The notes beneath the pieces are model-generated. The model saw only the letters and a program-made list of their open reading frames with translations. It searched no databases and had not been told where the DNA came from. Below, one piece after another: positions 1 to 11,582 of a DNA stretch of 64,000 nucleotides. Each line of letters begins with the position of its first letter. Position 1 is the stretch's first letter. Position numbers and translations under genes: made by a program. The stretch is from an uncultured Gammaproteobacteria bacterium (GTDB lineage: Bacteria; Pseudomonadota; Gammaproteobacteria; Magnimaribacterales; TMED112): contig CAJXFH010000003.1 of NCBI GenBank assembly GCA_913052565.1, positions 6,702 through 70,701 on the forward strand, in the 5' to 3' direction.

Positions 1-118
1 ACTTATAAATTCCATCTTCAAAAAATGAATCAAATTTTCCAGAAAATGGTCTTTCAGTGCCTTTGTCTCTTAAGACGATAAGCTCTTCTTCAGTAAGAGA
101 GTCATTTATTTTTTTCAT
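1..118 (-). CDS. msrB: Peptide-methionine (R)-S-oxide reductase MsrB, N-terminal fragment that runs off the window edge
   Basis: My minus-strand translation from the ATG at 118-116 reads MKKINDSLTEEELIVLRDKGTERPFSGKFDSFFEDGIYK. This matches the MsrB N-terminal GTE(R/P)PF(S/T)G region. The ORF is truncated, so it is not in the ORF track. Confidence 0.6.
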   Translation of the reverse strand, partial: MKKINDSLTEEELIVLRDKGTERPFSGKFDSFFEDGIYK

Positions 119-136
119 AACTTTATTGTACTATTT

Positions 137-1234
137 TTAGCTTTCTTGGACTTTAAAACCAAGCTCCTTGAGGACAGACCGATCATGCTCACTCTTGCAA
201 TTATTTATGACTACTTGTGAATATCCAATTCTTTCGTTGTAATTATCTCTAATCTTCTTAAAATTTGCAGATTCAAAAATATCTAGCTTCGGGTTATAGG
301 TATCAAGCATTAAAGAAACTGGTAAACCAAATTCTTTCATATCCTTATCAAAACTTTTTTTATCAAAGGCTAAAATTTTACTTTCTAAGATGTCTTCTTT
401 TTCAAGAGGTATTTTCCCTAAGAAATTAACTACATTTTCATATGCCATTTTGGTCATATGATATCGGGCGAATTGAGAATGCCCAGCTATATGAGGAGTT
501 CCCAGTAAGTTTTTTTCTAAAAAATTCTCATTAATTTGTGGTTCATTCTTAAAAACGTCAGAAATCATTTGAATATTATTTGCCTGGTCATCAAGTTCCA
601 GAAAATCCTCCTCAGAAACTACTCCTCCTCTAGATGTATTAATAATTATTGCTCCATCATCACACCTTTCAAATTTGCTTGCGGAAATGAGGTTTTCTGT
701 AAAGTGTTTGGATTCACTCGCTGTTGTTAATGGGACATGCAGTGATATTAGAGCATAACCCTGAATATCTTCATTATGATTAGTACTCAACTTATAAGGA
801 TCATAGGAACTAACATTAAAACCAAAATATTTGAGTGCCTGATAAATGCCTTCACCTATATTTCCGCAACCCATAATTAGAGCAGGTTGAGTTTTATCAA
901 ACTTTTTTTCTTGCAGCATAAGTGCGATAGTTGAAAAAACGTATTCTCTGACAGCTATAGCATTAGCTCCTGAAGAAAATGCATAGGGAATTCTCATCTG
1001 ATTTAATTTTTCTTTGTCAATGTGATCTTCTCCAGTTGAAGCTGAGCATATAAACTTAATGTTTTTAGGAATTTTCTTCCCATGGGTTTTATACGTTGAT
1101 CTTATAAGTACAATAGAATCCTCTTTGACTTTCTCAATCTCTAAATCCATATCAGAGAAATACTCTATTTGATTAATATGATCTGAAAAAAAATGTTCTA
1201 CATATGGAATATTTTTATCAATCAGAATTTTCAT
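137..1234 (-). CDS. pdxB: Erythronate-4-phosphate dehydrogenase (PdxB)
   Basis: The N-terminus is MKILIDKNIPYVEHFF. The protein has a D-2-hydroxyacid dehydrogenase core (NAD loop MGCGNIGEG, catalytic region LGTPHIAGHS) and a PdxB-type C-terminal extension. The track start at 1246 is a TTG. I prefer the ATG at 1234, which forms an ATGA overlap with the upstream stop. Confidence 0.8.
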   Translation of the reverse strand: MKILIDKNIPYVEHFFSDHINQIEYFSDMDLEIEKVKEDSIVLIRSTYKTHGKKIPKNIKFICSASTGEDHIDKEKLNQMRIPYAFSSGANAIAVREYVFSTIALMLQEKKFDKTQPALIMGCGNIGEGIYQALKYFGFNVSSYDPYKLSTNHNEDIQGYALISLHVPLTTASESKHFTENLISASKFERCDDGAIIINTSRGGVVSEEDFLELDDQANNIQMISDVFKNEPQINENFLEKNLLGTPHIAGHSQFARYHMTKMAYENVVNFLGKIPLEKEDILESKILAFDKKSFDKDMKEFGLPVSLMLDTYNPKLDIFESANFKKIRDNYNERIGYSQVVINNCKSEHDRSVLKELGFKVQES

Positions 1235-1917
1235 TTTTTTGGCCAAAGTACTGACTTAATCCAACCAAAAAAAGTGTTATTTTCTAAAGTTTTCTTTTCA
1301 ATACTTAAAAGATCTTCAAGATATGTTGATGATTCAGAAAAAAGTGTTTCCCTTGTAACAAAATTTCCTTTATCCAATTTTCTAATTTCTCTTGCAGGGT
1401 TACCAGCGTATATTGTGTTTGGTGGAACCTCACCACTTACGACAGAACCAGCTCCAATAATACTATTCGCACCTATTTTGGTTCCTTTTAAAATAATTGA
1501 TTTTTCCCCAATCCAGACATTATCTTCAATCGATACTTCTTTAGGGCTCGCTACATAATCTGTTCTATCATATATACCATGCCAATCTGAGTCTGTGATT
1601 GTGACATCAGATGCAATCATAGTGGATTGTCCTATTTTTATTTTCTTTGCACTTCTAATGCTTGTGCCTGGAGATATCAAAATATATTTTCCAAGGAAAA
1701 TTTCGCCACTAATTTTATCTGTTTCCCATGTTGATAGATCTATTCTTTTATCAGGTGCGGTTATTAAGGTTGCAAAATCTCCTATTGAAATATTATTTCC
1801 AAAAATCTTTAAGTGTTGTGGATTCAAAATCATTACATTCTTTCCAAAATCTTTAAACTTCGGTTTTAAAAAATGGTGAATATAAAAAGCACTGATCGAA
1901 TTAAAAAAATGTTTCAA
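1231..1917 (-). CDS. Hexapeptide-repeat (left-handed beta-helix) O-acyl/acetyltransferase, substrate unknown
   Basis: 228 aa. It carries hexapeptide repeats (IGEKSIILKGTKIGANSIIGAGSVVSGEVPPNTIYAGNPAREI), as in Mac/LacA/WcaF-type transferases. Confidence 0.7.
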   Translation of the reverse strand: MKHFFNSISAFYIHHFLKPKFKDFGKNVMILNPQHLKIFGNNISIGDFATLITAPDKRIDLSTWETDKISGEIFLGKYILISPGTSIRSAKKIKIGQSTMIASDVTITDSDWHGIYDRTDYVASPKEVSIEDNVWIGEKSIILKGTKIGANSIIGAGSVVSGEVPPNTIYAGNPAREIRKLDKGNFVTRETLFSESSTYLEDLLSIEKKTLENNTFFGWIKSVLWPKK

Positions 1918-1987
1918 CCAAAATGGGCGTTTTTCGATATTAATGATTAAGCTCCAAATCTAATTATAAGCTAGAATAAATCTCTGC

Positions 1988-3358
1988 ATGATCAAGTTTA
2001 ATTTAGTAAATTTCTTATTAGAAGCAAAAATTTTTAGGAAAATCGGTTTACCAATACTAGGTAGTCAGTTAGTAATGTATGGAATGACCACAACCGATTA
2101 TATTATGGCAGGATATTATTCTTCAGAAGATCTTGCGGGTGTTGGTTTAGGTGCATCTATTTTCAATCCTCTTTATTTTCTAACAGCTGGGGTAATGTTT
2201 GGTATTGGACCAATTATTGCTCAACACTTTGGGGCAAAGGAATATGACAAAATTAAAATTAAAACAAGAAAATTTCTATGGGTAGCACTGCTAATTGGCA
2301 CAATTTTCACATTAATTTTGATTAATACTGGTTTTATTTTAGATTCTCTTGGTACAAGCAAAGATATAAAAGATATTAGCTTCGGATATCTAAGTGCTGT
2401 TGCTTATGGCACCGTTCCGATGACAATCTATCAAGCCCTAAGGAATTATAGTGAAGGCATTACACAAACGAAGATAGTCTTTCTAATTGGTGGTCTAGGG
2501 TTTATTTTAAATATTCCATTAAATTACCTATTCATTTTTGAATTTGGGTATGGTGGTATAGGGTGTGGCATTGCAACAGCTGTTATAAGTTGGCTAGGCC
2601 TGTTAACAATTGTTTTTGCTACTTATTCATTGAAACAATATCGACAAACAAGAATATATGGAAAATTTATATTACCTGATTTTGCCAGTGCTAAAGAGTT
2701 AGTTGTTATAGGTGTACCAATAAGCTTTGGTATCTTTGTTGAATTGAGTATGTTTAGTGGTGCTGCATTAATAATTTCAATATTTGGCTCAACCTCGCTC
2801 GCAGCACATACAATATCACTTAATATAGTTGGTCTTCTTTTTATGATGCCTCTATCGCTCGGATTAGCTTCAGCAATTAGAGTCGGCAATCTGATAGGTG
2901 AAAAAAATTATCAAAAAGCAAACTTTGCTGCTAATTTTAGTCTGAGATTTTCTTTTTTCATTGCCTTATTTAATTATGCTATTTTGTTTTTCGCGGGCAC
3001 CATACTAATTGGTCTCTACACTAATGATGCAACGGTAATTGAAAAAGCAGTAGGTTTATTGGCTTTAGCAGCAATTTTTCAGATTCCAGACGCAATTGGA
3101 TTTTCGGCAATGGGCTCACTTAGAGGACATAAAGATACTTTTGCAACTATGGTCAATCTAATAATTTCTTATTGGCTTTTCGCATTACCAATTGGAATAT
3201 TTCTTGCATTTTCTGACAATAATTTCTTACCCAATGAAGCTGAGGGAATTTGGTACGGTATGATTATTGGTATAACAATAAGTGCTATATTGAATACAAG
3301 AAGACTTAAATATAAAAAAGGTTCATTAAAGAATCTTTACAAGCTCAGAACCAATTAA
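1988..3358 (+). CDS. MATE family multidrug/sodium efflux transporter (NorM-like)
   Basis: 456 aa with about 12 hydrophobic helices in a duplicated 6+6 layout. MATE-like segments are present ([32 protein letters not shown]). Confidence 0.75.
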   Translation: MIKFNLVNFLLEAKIFRKIGLPILGSQLVMYGMTTTDYIMAGYYSSEDLAGVGLGASIFNPLYFLTAGVMFGIGPIIAQHFGAKEYDKIKIKTRKFLWVALLIGTIFTLILINTGFILDSLGTSKDIKDISFGYLSAVAYGTVPMTIYQALRNYSEGITQTKIVFLIGGLGFILNIPLNYLFIFEFGYGGIGCGIATAVISWLGLLTIVFATYSLKQYRQTRIYGKFILPDFASAKELVVIGVPISFGIFVELSMFSGAALIISIFGSTSLAAHTISLNIVGLLFMMPLSLGLASAIRVGNLIGEKNYQKANFAANFSLRFSFFIALFNYAILFFAGTILIGLYTNDATVIEKAVGLLALAAIFQIPDAIGFSAMGSLRGHKDTFATMVNLIISYWLFALPIGIFLAFSDNNFLPNEAEGIWYGMIIGITISAILNTRRLKYKKGSLKNLYKLRTN

Positions 3359-4195
3359 ATTCAGATCAGTAACCACTTTTACACCTGCTGAATTTAAAGC
3401 ATTAAATTTATCTTGAGCAGTCCCTTTCCCACCTGATATTATTGCTCCAGCATGGCCCATTCTCTTACCTTTAGGTGCGGTTACTCCAGCAATGTATGAA
3501 ATTACAGGTTTTGAAACATGGCTTTTAATATAATCAGCAGCTTCTTCTTCTGCATTTCCACCAATTTCTCCAACCATAACTATAGATTTTGTATCTTCAT
3601 CTTCTTCAAATAGCTTTAAACAATCTATAAAAGACGTTCCATTTATAGGATCACCGCCTATCCCTATGCATGTGCTTTGACCAAGCCCAACTTCGGAAGT
3701 CTGCTGAACGGCCTCATATGTTAAGGTGCCAGACCTAGAAACTATGCCTACAGAACCCTCCTTATGAATTGATGCTGGCATGATCCCTAGCTTTGCCTTA
3801 CCTGGTGAAATTACACCCGGGCAATTAGGTCCAACTAGCCTAACATCAGGGTAATTTTTCATAACATCAATCACTTCAATCATATCTAAAACTGGAACAC
3901 CTTCAGTAATACAAATTATTAATTTGATTCCGCTCTTAGCTGCCTCGATAATTGCATCTTTACAGAATCTTGCTGGAACGAATATAACGGATGTATCGGC
4001 ACTAGTAGAATCAATCGCATCTTTAACAGAATTAAATACGGGAAGATTAAGGTGAAGTTGGCCACCTTTTCCAGGCGTTACACCACCAACAATATTTGTA
4101 CCGTAAGCTATGCATTGCTCAGCATGCATAGTAGCCTGTGAACCTGTAAAACCTTGAAAAATTGCCTTGGTATTTTTGTCTATTAAAACACTCAT
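3326..4195 (-). CDS. sucD: Succinyl-CoA synthetase alpha subunit
   Basis: 289 aa with [15 protein letters not shown] and the phosphohistidine loop [15 protein letters not shown]. It overlaps sucC by 4 nt. Confidence 0.95.
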   Translation of the reverse strand: MSVLIDKNTKAIFQGFTGSQATMHAEQCIAYGTNIVGGVTPGKGGQLHLNLPVFNSVKDAIDSTSADTSVIFVPARFCKDAIIEAAKSGIKLIICITEGVPVLDMIEVIDVMKNYPDVRLVGPNCPGVISPGKAKLGIMPASIHKEGSVGIVSRSGTLTYEAVQQTSEVGLGQSTCIGIGGDPINGTSFIDCLKLFEEDEDTKSIVMVGEIGGNAEEEAADYIKSHVSKPVISYIAGVTAPKGKRMGHAGAIISGGKGTAQDKFNALNSAGVKVVTDLNLIGSELVKIL

Positions 4196-5355
4196 TTCAC
4201 TAGCTCGACTATTTTTTGTGCTGCTTTCATTAATGAATCTTCACCAATAACGTTTAAACCAGAATTATTAAGCAAAGTTTTTCCCTCGCTACTCATATTG
4301 CCTTGCAGTCTAACAACTATTGGAACAGAAACCCCTATTTCATTTATTGCATCAATGATTCCTTGAGCAATTAAGTCGCAACGCACAATTCCTCCAAAAA
4401 TATTAACCAGAATTCCTTTTACTTCTTTATCAGAAAGTATTAGCTTAAAAGCCTCAGAAACTCTCTCTTTAGTAGCTGTTCCTCCGACATCAAGGAAATT
4501 TGCGGGATCACCATCATAAAGTTTTATAGTATCCATGGTTCCCATTGCCAAGCCAGCACCATTAACCATACATCCAATATTGCCGTCTAATGATACGTAA
4601 CTTAAATCATGTTTTTTAGCTTCATATTCACGTTGATCTTCTTGTGAGGGATCTCTCATTTTTTCAATTTCTGCTTGCCTATAAAGAGCATTCTCATCAA
4701 TATTAATTTTTGCATCGAGGCAATGAAGATCACCTGAAGTTGTAACTACTAATGGATTTATTTCTAAGAGAGATAGGTCTTTCTCAACGAATAATTTTAT
4801 ACAACCTTGAACTATTGAAAAAAATTGCTTCTTTTGATCATCAGTGAAATTTAATGACTGTGCTATTTCCTTCAGATCACTCACATCAGTTTCGTTGCCC
4901 CCTTTAAATTTAAATTTCAAAATCTTTTCGGGATTTTTTTCTGCAACTTCTTCAATATTCATGCCCCCTGCTTGAGAAACTATCATGGAGATGCATTTTT
5001 CTGCCCTGTCTACCAATAAACTCATATAGAGTTCTGAATCAATCTCAGTTAACTCATCGACACTTATGATATTAACTGGCAAACCAACTTGGTCAGTTTG
5101 ATTAGTAACTATCTGTTTTCCAAGCCATTCATTCACAAAGTCTTCGACATTTTGTTTATCTTTGCACAGCTTTACACCACCAACTTTACCTCGACCACCT
5201 GTATGTGCCTGAACTTTAGCCACACAACCTTTTTCAAAGTTTATTTGTTTTAGGGCTTTATCAATGTCTCCAAGTTCTTTGATAATGCCTCGTTTTGATA
5301 CAGGCAAATCATAAGCTTCGAGCAATTCTTTTGATTGAAATTCATGAAGATTCAT
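4192..5355 (-). CDS. sucC: Succinyl-CoA synthetase beta subunit
   Basis: 387 aa starting [12 protein letters not shown]. It has an ATP-grasp domain ([11 protein letters not shown]) and a C-terminal CoA-ligase domain. Confidence 0.95.
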   Translation of the reverse strand: MNLHEFQSKELLEAYDLPVSKRGIIKELGDIDKALKQINFEKGCVAKVQAHTGGRGKVGGVKLCKDKQNVEDFVNEWLGKQIVTNQTDQVGLPVNIISVDELTEIDSELYMSLLVDRAEKCISMIVSQAGGMNIEEVAEKNPEKILKFKFKGGNETDVSDLKEIAQSLNFTDDQKKQFFSIVQGCIKLFVEKDLSLLEINPLVVTTSGDLHCLDAKINIDENALYRQAEIEKMRDPSQEDQREYEAKKHDLSYVSLDGNIGCMVNGAGLAMGTMDTIKLYDGDPANFLDVGGTATKERVSEAFKLILSDKEVKGILVNIFGGIVRCDLIAQGIIDAINEIGVSVPIVVRLQGNMSSEGKTLLNNSGLNVIGEDSLMKAAQKIVELVK

Positions 5356-6773
5356 TAATTTCCTATATGAATGGCCTGTTTATTTACAGCAAGAGCTGCT
5401 TCATGAAGAGCTTCAGAAACTGTAGGATGACTAAACATTGTTAAACCAAAGTCTTCTGAGCTAGCTGAGAATTCCATCCCAATTAGACCTTGTTGGAGTA
5501 TTTCTGATGCTGAATTACCAAAAATTTGCACACCTAAAACCTCGTCGGTTTCTTTATCAGCAAGCATTTTGACTAGGCCAACAGAATCACCAGATGCAAG
5601 TGCTCTTCCACTTGCTGCAAAAGGAAAACTTCCTTTTTTATAGTCCTTATTTTCTTTTTTAAGTTGATTCTCTGTTTTACCAACCCAGGCAATTTCTGGA
5701 TGTGTATAGATAACACTTGGCACTAAATCGTAATTAACTTCCATTCTCTTTCCTGCAATTCTTTCAGCAACCATTACACCTTCTTCCATTGCTTTATGAG
5801 CTAACATCGGGCCCCTTACTATATCTCCAATAGCATAAACGTTATTCAATTCCGTCTTACAAAACTCATCTACTGGAACAAAACCCTTCTCATCCAAATT
5901 TAGACCCACCCCAGGACCTATAAGATTTTCAGTGAATGGTCTTCTTCCCACTGCAACTATTACTTTGTCATAAGCTACTGTCTGCATTTCGCCTTTCATT
6001 TCAATTTCCAGTGATACACCGGACCGTGATTTCTTAGAGCCTTTTACCATTGCTCCCAAGTTAATATTTAGATTCTGTTTTCTAAACTCTCTTTCAATAA
6101 CCCTGGATATATCTGAATCAAGCATCGGCAGTAATGTTTGTTCAGCTTCATAGATGTCTACAACTGATCCTAACCTAGACCAAACGCTCCCAAGCTCTAA
6201 ACCTATTACACCAGCCCCGATTATTGCAAGTTTTTTAGGGGTCTTAGAGAACTCTAATGCACCAGCACTTCCAACGACTGTTTTACCATTCCATGGGACC
6301 GAAGGTATATTTATTGGTCTTGAGCCTGTTGCTAAGACAATATTTTTTGCTTTAATTTTCTTTTTTTTGCCCTTATTGTTCGTTACCTCGACTTCGTTTG
6401 CTGAGATCAGTTTACCTTTGCCATGGATCGCATCAACTTTATTATGTTTAAAGAGTTGAGTAACACCACCAGTTAATTTTGTAACAATCTCATTTTTTCT
6501 ATTCATCATTTTAGCAAGATCATATGTTGGTTTAGATACTCTAATTCCATGCTCATGAAAGCTTTCATCTATTTGCTGAAATTTGTAGGAGGAATCTAAT
6601 AACGACTTTGATGGAATACATCCAACATTTAAACAAGTGCCACCGAGTTTTTGTTTACCATCTGAATCTTCATCAAACTCTATACAAGCAGATTTTAGAC
6701 CAAGTTGAGCAGATTTAATGGCAGCAACGTAACCTCCGGGCCCACCACCAATAACTAAAACATCATATTCCAT
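5355..6773 (-). CDS. lpdA: Dihydrolipoyl dehydrogenase (E3)
   Basis: 472 aa with the FAD motif VIGGGPGGYVAA, the redox disulfide GGTCLNVGCIPSK and C-terminal HPTVSEAL. It lies between sucB and sucC, as in Pseudomonas. Confidence 0.95.
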   Translation of the reverse strand: MEYDVLVIGGGPGGYVAAIKSAQLGLKSACIEFDEDSDGKQKLGGTCLNVGCIPSKSLLDSSYKFQQIDESFHEHGIRVSKPTYDLAKMMNRKNEIVTKLTGGVTQLFKHNKVDAIHGKGKLISANEVEVTNNKGKKKKIKAKNIVLATGSRPINIPSVPWNGKTVVGSAGALEFSKTPKKLAIIGAGVIGLELGSVWSRLGSVVDIYEAEQTLLPMLDSDISRVIEREFRKQNLNINLGAMVKGSKKSRSGVSLEIEMKGEMQTVAYDKVIVAVGRRPFTENLIGPGVGLNLDEKGFVPVDEFCKTELNNVYAIGDIVRGPMLAHKAMEEGVMVAERIAGKRMEVNYDLVPSVIYTHPEIAWVGKTENQLKKENKDYKKGSFPFAASGRALASGDSVGLVKMLADKETDEVLGVQIFGNSASEILQQGLIGMEFSASSEDFGLTMFSHPTVSEALHEAALAVNKQAIHIGN

Positions 6774-8069
6774 TTATACTCCCAATAACATTGATTCTGG
6801 TGACTCAAGAACATCTTTTATTTTTACCAGAAATGATACAGCATCTTTGCCATCTAAAAGCCTATGATCATAAGTTAATGCTAAATACATCATTGGTCTT
6901 ATCTCTATTGAACCATTTAAAGCAACTGGTCTTTCTTGTATCTTATGCATACCTAAAATAGCTGATTGAGGTGGATTTAAAATTGGAGTCGAGATCAAAG
7001 AACCAAAAACACCCCCATTTGAAATTGTAAAAGTGCCACCTGTTATATCTTCAATGCCTATTTTTCCTTCTCTTGCCTTTAATGAAAAATCTCTTATAGC
7101 AATTTCAATTTCAGCAATAGTCAGATTTTGAACATTTCTTACAACTGGAACAACAAGTCCTCGTTCAGTAGAAACTGCAACACCTATATCTTGGAAACCA
7201 TGATATACAATGTCCTTTCCATCAATTGAAGCATTAACAATTGGCATTTCTTGAAGAGCAATACTTGAAGCTTTCAAAAACATGCCCATGAATCCCAATT
7301 TAACACCAAATTTATCTTCAAAAGTCTCTTTATATTTTTCTCTTAGTGCTTTTATTTCATGTAGGTCAACTTCATTAAAAGTAGTTAAAGATGCAGTTTG
7401 TGATTGTGATTCAAGTAACCTTTCAGCTACAACTGAACGCAATCTACTCATTGGTACTCTTTTTGATTCTTCGACTGCTTTTGACTCATCCTTTTTAATG
7501 TTTTCAGTTGGCTTTTCAGAATCTATTGATGCCTCCATTACATCTTTTTTAGTAATTACTCCTTTTTTTGAGGACGAGGCAACATTTTCTATTGGCACAG
7601 ATTTTTCTTTAAGTAGTTTCTTGGCAGCAGGTCCCATTCTGAAACCTTTAAGGTCTTGATCTCCAATATCTGATGTATTTGTATCTGATTCGACTTTTGT
7701 TGGAGCTATATCAGGAGCAGGTTCTTCAATTAATTTCTTCGGCTCTTCAATTATTTCTTCTGGTTCTTCTACAGTATTAATTTCACTCTCAGTTTTCTTA
7801 GTTTCAACTTCTACTTTATTACTTGCGCCAGATTGCTCATTATAATTTCCAATAATTTCAGAACTTTTAATAGTAGAGCCCTCATCAACAATAATTTTAC
7901 CCATTATTCCGTCAGTTGGTGCAGTTACTTCTATTACTACTTTGTCAGTTTCAATCTCTGCTAATACCTCATCTTGTTTAATTTCTTGTCCTTCTTTTTT
8001 CAACCAACTTGAAAGAGTACCTTCAAATATTGATTCAGGGAATTGTGGAGATTTTATGTCTACAGCCAT
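6774..8069 (-). CDS. sucB: 2-oxoglutarate dehydrogenase E2 (dihydrolipoyllysine succinyltransferase)
   Basis: 431 aa. It has one lipoyl domain with EIETDKVV, a Pro/Glu-rich linker and the catalytic motif DHRLLDG. Confidence 0.95.
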   Translation of the reverse strand: MAVDIKSPQFPESIFEGTLSSWLKKEGQEIKQDEVLAEIETDKVVIEVTAPTDGIMGKIIVDEGSTIKSSEIIGNYNEQSGASNKVEVETKKTESEINTVEEPEEIIEEPKKLIEEPAPDIAPTKVESDTNTSDIGDQDLKGFRMGPAAKKLLKEKSVPIENVASSSKKGVITKKDVMEASIDSEKPTENIKKDESKAVEESKRVPMSRLRSVVAERLLESQSQTASLTTFNEVDLHEIKALREKYKETFEDKFGVKLGFMGMFLKASSIALQEMPIVNASIDGKDIVYHGFQDIGVAVSTERGLVVPVVRNVQNLTIAEIEIAIRDFSLKAREGKIGIEDITGGTFTISNGGVFGSLISTPILNPPQSAILGMHKIQERPVALNGSIEIRPMMYLALTYDHRLLDGKDAVSFLVKIKDVLESPESMLLGV

Positions 8070-8079
8070 GTTGAATATT

Positions 8080-10866
8080 CTATAACTCTAATGCCTTTGT
8101 AACTATCTCTTTTTGACGTTTCAGGTGATATTTTTGAAATCCGCCCGCTGGAGCAGATGACGGATGTCTAGCAACTACATTTAGTTTGTATCCTTTTTTA
8201 GTTTCATTTAAAACTTTTTCAAGTCTATGCCTTATCATCAGCCATGCTCCCATGTTTTCCGGTTCTTCTTGTACCCATAAAAAGTCTTTACATTTAATTT
8301 CTTTAGTAAAGCTAAGAAGCTCGCTTTCAGGGAAAGGGTAAAGTTGCTCAATCCGAACAAGTTGTATATTTTTAATCTTCTGATTATCCATTTCAGATTT
8401 AAGATCAAAGTAAATTTTTCCTGAGCAAAAAATCACTCTCTTTGTAATCGATTTCTGTTCCTCAACGATAATATTCTTGAAGGAACCATTTGTTATATCT
8501 TCAATATTGGAAGTAGCCATTGGGTTTCTTAATAAACTCTTCGGTGTTAAAACAACTAATGGTTTTCTTGTCGGCTTAATAACTTGTTTTCTAAGTAAAT
8601 GAAAAATTTGTGCTGGCATTGTAGGCACACAAACTTGGATATTATCGTATGCACAAAGTTGTAGAAATCTTTCAAGCCTACAACTGCTATGCTCAGGCCC
8701 TTGACCTTCATACCCATGAGGAAGAAACATTGTTAATCCAGACAGTCTGTTCCATTTTGTTTCAGCACTTACAATAAATTGATCTATTACGACTTGAGCA
8801 ACATTCACAAAGTCACCAAATTGTGCCTCCCAAACGATCAGACCTTCTGGCCAAGTTGATGCATACCCATATTCAAAAGCTAAAACGGCTTCTTCAGAAA
8901 GAAGAGAGTCATAGATTTCAAATTTTTTGTTGCCATTATTTAAATTTGACAATGGTACGTAGCCGATACCTGTCTTCTGGTCTTTTACAACAAGATGACG
9001 GTGAGAAAAAGTTCCTCTTCTAGTATCTTGTCCAGTAATTCTTACAGGGTAGCCCTCACCAAGCAGAGTTGAATATGCTGCCATTTCTGCAAAACCCCAA
9101 TTCATTGGAAGTTCACCATCAAGCATTTTTCTGCGCTCATCATATAGTTTTCCAACTTGTTTTTGAACCTCAATATTTGGCTCAAAGTTCATTCCAACTT
9201 CCATTGTGTTTTTTAATAGTTCAAGTGATACTGCTGTAGGATATGGTTTACTGAGATCTGGTTTTAAATAAGGGCTCCAGTCAAAATGAAGACCACTGTC
9301 TGGGTTCATTGCCATTGATTCGGCAACCATTTCACCTTTTTCCATGTGAGACCGGTATTCTTTCTTAAAACCATCAAACATATTTTCCTGAATGGAATCA
9401 TTTTTGATCAATTTTTGAAAATATAAATCTGTAACTGTATTTTTAGATTTAATTTCTTTATACATCATCGGCTGTGTTGCAAAAGGCTCATCAGTTTCGT
9501 TATGCCCTCTTCTCCTGTAACAGACAAAATCTACAATTATGTCTCTGTGAAAAGTATCTCTATACTCCACTGCAAGTTTAGCTGCCATCACACAAGCTTC
9601 CGGGTCATCTCCGTTAACATGAATTATTGGAGCTTCAACCATCTTAGCAACATCAGTGCAATACTCAGTTGAACGTGCATCTTCTTTTAAGCTTGTAGTA
9701 AAGCCTATCTGGTTATTGACAACTATATGTACTGTTCCACCTGTACCGTAAGCTCTGGTCTGTGATAATTGCAGAATCTCCATCACAATTCCTTGTGCTG
9801 AAAAAGAAGCATCACCATGCATCAGTATGGGAACGACTTTTTTGCCATCTTTATCTTCTCTTCTATCTTGTCTAGCTCGTACAGATCCAAGGACAACAGG
9901 GTTTACGATTTCGAGATGTGATGGATTTGAACCCAGAGCAAGATGTACTTGCCCACCACTAGTTAAGATGTTTGAGGAAAAACCAAGGTGATATTTCACG
10001 TCTCCAGTATGTTCAATATCTTCCTCAAAATCCTCAGCAAACTCAGTGAATAATTCACTTGGTTTTTTTCCCATTACATTGATTAGCACATTAAGCCTTC
10101 CTCTGTGTGACATCCCCATTACAATTTCTTTAGCTCCCTTTGAGCCGAAATCTTCGATCAGAGTATCAAGGAGGGGAATTAATGATTCACCGCCTTCAAG
10201 ACCAAATCTTTTTGCTCCTGGATATTTTGAAGCTAGAAACTTCTCAAGACCCTCTGAATCAACCAACCTTTTTAGAATGTGCTGTTTTTCTTCTTTATTG
10301 AATGAGTAAGGTGTCTTCTTACCTTCAATTTTATCTAGAAACCAGCCTCTAATTTTACTGTTCATTATGTGCATAAACTCATAACCTATGCTTGATGTGT
10401 AAGATGTTTTGATAGATTCTAAAATTTCTACTAGTTTAAGTTTTTTATTATTTTGGAAATTGGAAATTGAAAATTCTTTGTTCAGATCCTCATTTGAAAG
10501 CCCATGAAATTCAAGTTCAAGGTCGGGGATTTTTACATCCTCTCTTAGATGTAATGGATCAATTTTGGCAACCTGATGGCCTCTTCTTCTGTAAGCATTA
10601 ATTAAGTTTTGAATATCTGATGATTTAGAATTTGTCTTAACTGTAGTTTGGTCTTTAGTGGAAAAATTTATATTTTTTAAAGAACTTAATATATCTTTAT
10701 GGCTGACATCAGTAGCTCCATTTTGAATAGAGTCAAAATATTTCTTCCACTCTGGTTTGATAGTATTTGGATCATTTAAGTACTGCTCGTATAAATGATT
10801 TAAATATTCTGAATTCCCACCGTATTTGAAGCTATCTTTTAGCCTCTCCTCAATTGATTTAGACAC
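8080..10866 (-). CDS. sucA: 2-oxoglutarate dehydrogenase E1 component
   Basis: 928 aa with E1o-type regions ([20 protein letters not shown]). Its operon position is between sdhB and sucB. Confidence 0.95.
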   Translation of the reverse strand: MSKSIEERLKDSFKYGGNSEYLNHLYEQYLNDPNTIKPEWKKYFDSIQNGATDVSHKDILSSLKNINFSTKDQTTVKTNSKSSDIQNLINAYRRRGHQVAKIDPLHLREDVKIPDLELEFHGLSNEDLNKEFSISNFQNNKKLKLVEILESIKTSYTSSIGYEFMHIMNSKIRGWFLDKIEGKKTPYSFNKEEKQHILKRLVDSEGLEKFLASKYPGAKRFGLEGGESLIPLLDTLIEDFGSKGAKEIVMGMSHRGRLNVLINVMGKKPSELFTEFAEDFEEDIEHTGDVKYHLGFSSNILTSGGQVHLALGSNPSHLEIVNPVVLGSVRARQDRREDKDGKKVVPILMHGDASFSAQGIVMEILQLSQTRAYGTGGTVHIVVNNQIGFTTSLKEDARSTEYCTDVAKMVEAPIIHVNGDDPEACVMAAKLAVEYRDTFHRDIIVDFVCYRRRGHNETDEPFATQPMMYKEIKSKNTVTDLYFQKLIKNDSIQENMFDGFKKEYRSHMEKGEMVAESMAMNPDSGLHFDWSPYLKPDLSKPYPTAVSLELLKNTMEVGMNFEPNIEVQKQVGKLYDERRKMLDGELPMNWGFAEMAAYSTLLGEGYPVRITGQDTRRGTFSHRHLVVKDQKTGIGYVPLSNLNNGNKKFEIYDSLLSEEAVLAFEYGYASTWPEGLIVWEAQFGDFVNVAQVVIDQFIVSAETKWNRLSGLTMFLPHGYEGQGPEHSSCRLERFLQLCAYDNIQVCVPTMPAQIFHLLRKQVIKPTRKPLVVLTPKSLLRNPMATSNIEDITNGSFKNIIVEEQKSITKRVIFCSGKIYFDLKSEMDNQKIKNIQLVRIEQLYPFPESELLSFTKEIKCKDFLWVQEEPENMGAWLMIRHRLEKVLNETKKGYKLNVVARHPSSAPAGGFQKYHLKRQKEIVTKALEL

Positions 10867-11582
10867 TATCCTATTCTTCTTAACTCCTTCTTGATTTCAT
10901 TAATTGCCTTGGAAGGGTTTAAGCCTTTAGGACAAACAGAAGTACAATTCATTATCCCATGACATCTATATACACTAAAGGCATCATTTAATTTTTTTAG
11001 CCTGTTTCTTTTTTGTTTGTCTCGAGTATCGGCAATAAATCTATAAGCTTGAAGCAATGCTGCCGGTCCTACAAATTTTTCCGGATTCCACCAAAATGAA
11101 GGACAACTTGTTGAGCAACAAGCACATAAAACACACTCATATAATCCATCTAATTTGTCACGATCTTGAGGGCTCTGTAGTCTCTCATGACCAGTAGTTA
11201 CTTCATCTTCATTATCTAGAAATGGTTTAACTTTTTCATACTGTTCATAAAATGGCTTCATATCAACGATTAAATCTTTAATTACAGGTAAACCTGGCAG
11301 AGGGCGTACCTCAAGCTTGTCTCTAGTAACAACATCAGAAACAGGTGTAATGCAGGCTAAACCATTTTTTCCATTCATATTCACTCCATCAGAGCCACAC
11401 ACTCCTTGTGCGCAAGACCTTCTGAAAGTAACTGTTGAATCAAGCTCTTGTGCTTGTCTAATAGCATCGATGACCATCATATTTCCAGTAGCAGGATAAG
11501 AGACTTCATAATCATTCATATAGGGCCTTTCATCTTTTTCTGGATCAAATCTATAAAGACTTAGTTTTAACTTTTTGGCCAT
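10866..11582 (-). CDS. sdhB: Succinate dehydrogenase iron-sulfur subunit
   Basis: 238 aa with three Cys clusters: CAQGVCGSDGVNMNG, CVLCACCSTSCPSFWWN and CHGIMNCTSVCPKGLNP. Confidence 0.95.
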   Translation of the reverse strand: MAKKLKLSLYRFDPEKDERPYMNDYEVSYPATGNMMVIDAIRQAQELDSTVTFRRSCAQGVCGSDGVNMNGKNGLACITPVSDVVTRDKLEVRPLPGLPVIKDLIVDMKPFYEQYEKVKPFLDNEDEVTTGHERLQSPQDRDKLDGLYECVLCACCSTSCPSFWWNPEKFVGPAALLQAYRFIADTRDKQKRNRLKKLNDAFSVYRCHGIMNCTSVCPKGLNPSKAINEIKKELRRIG

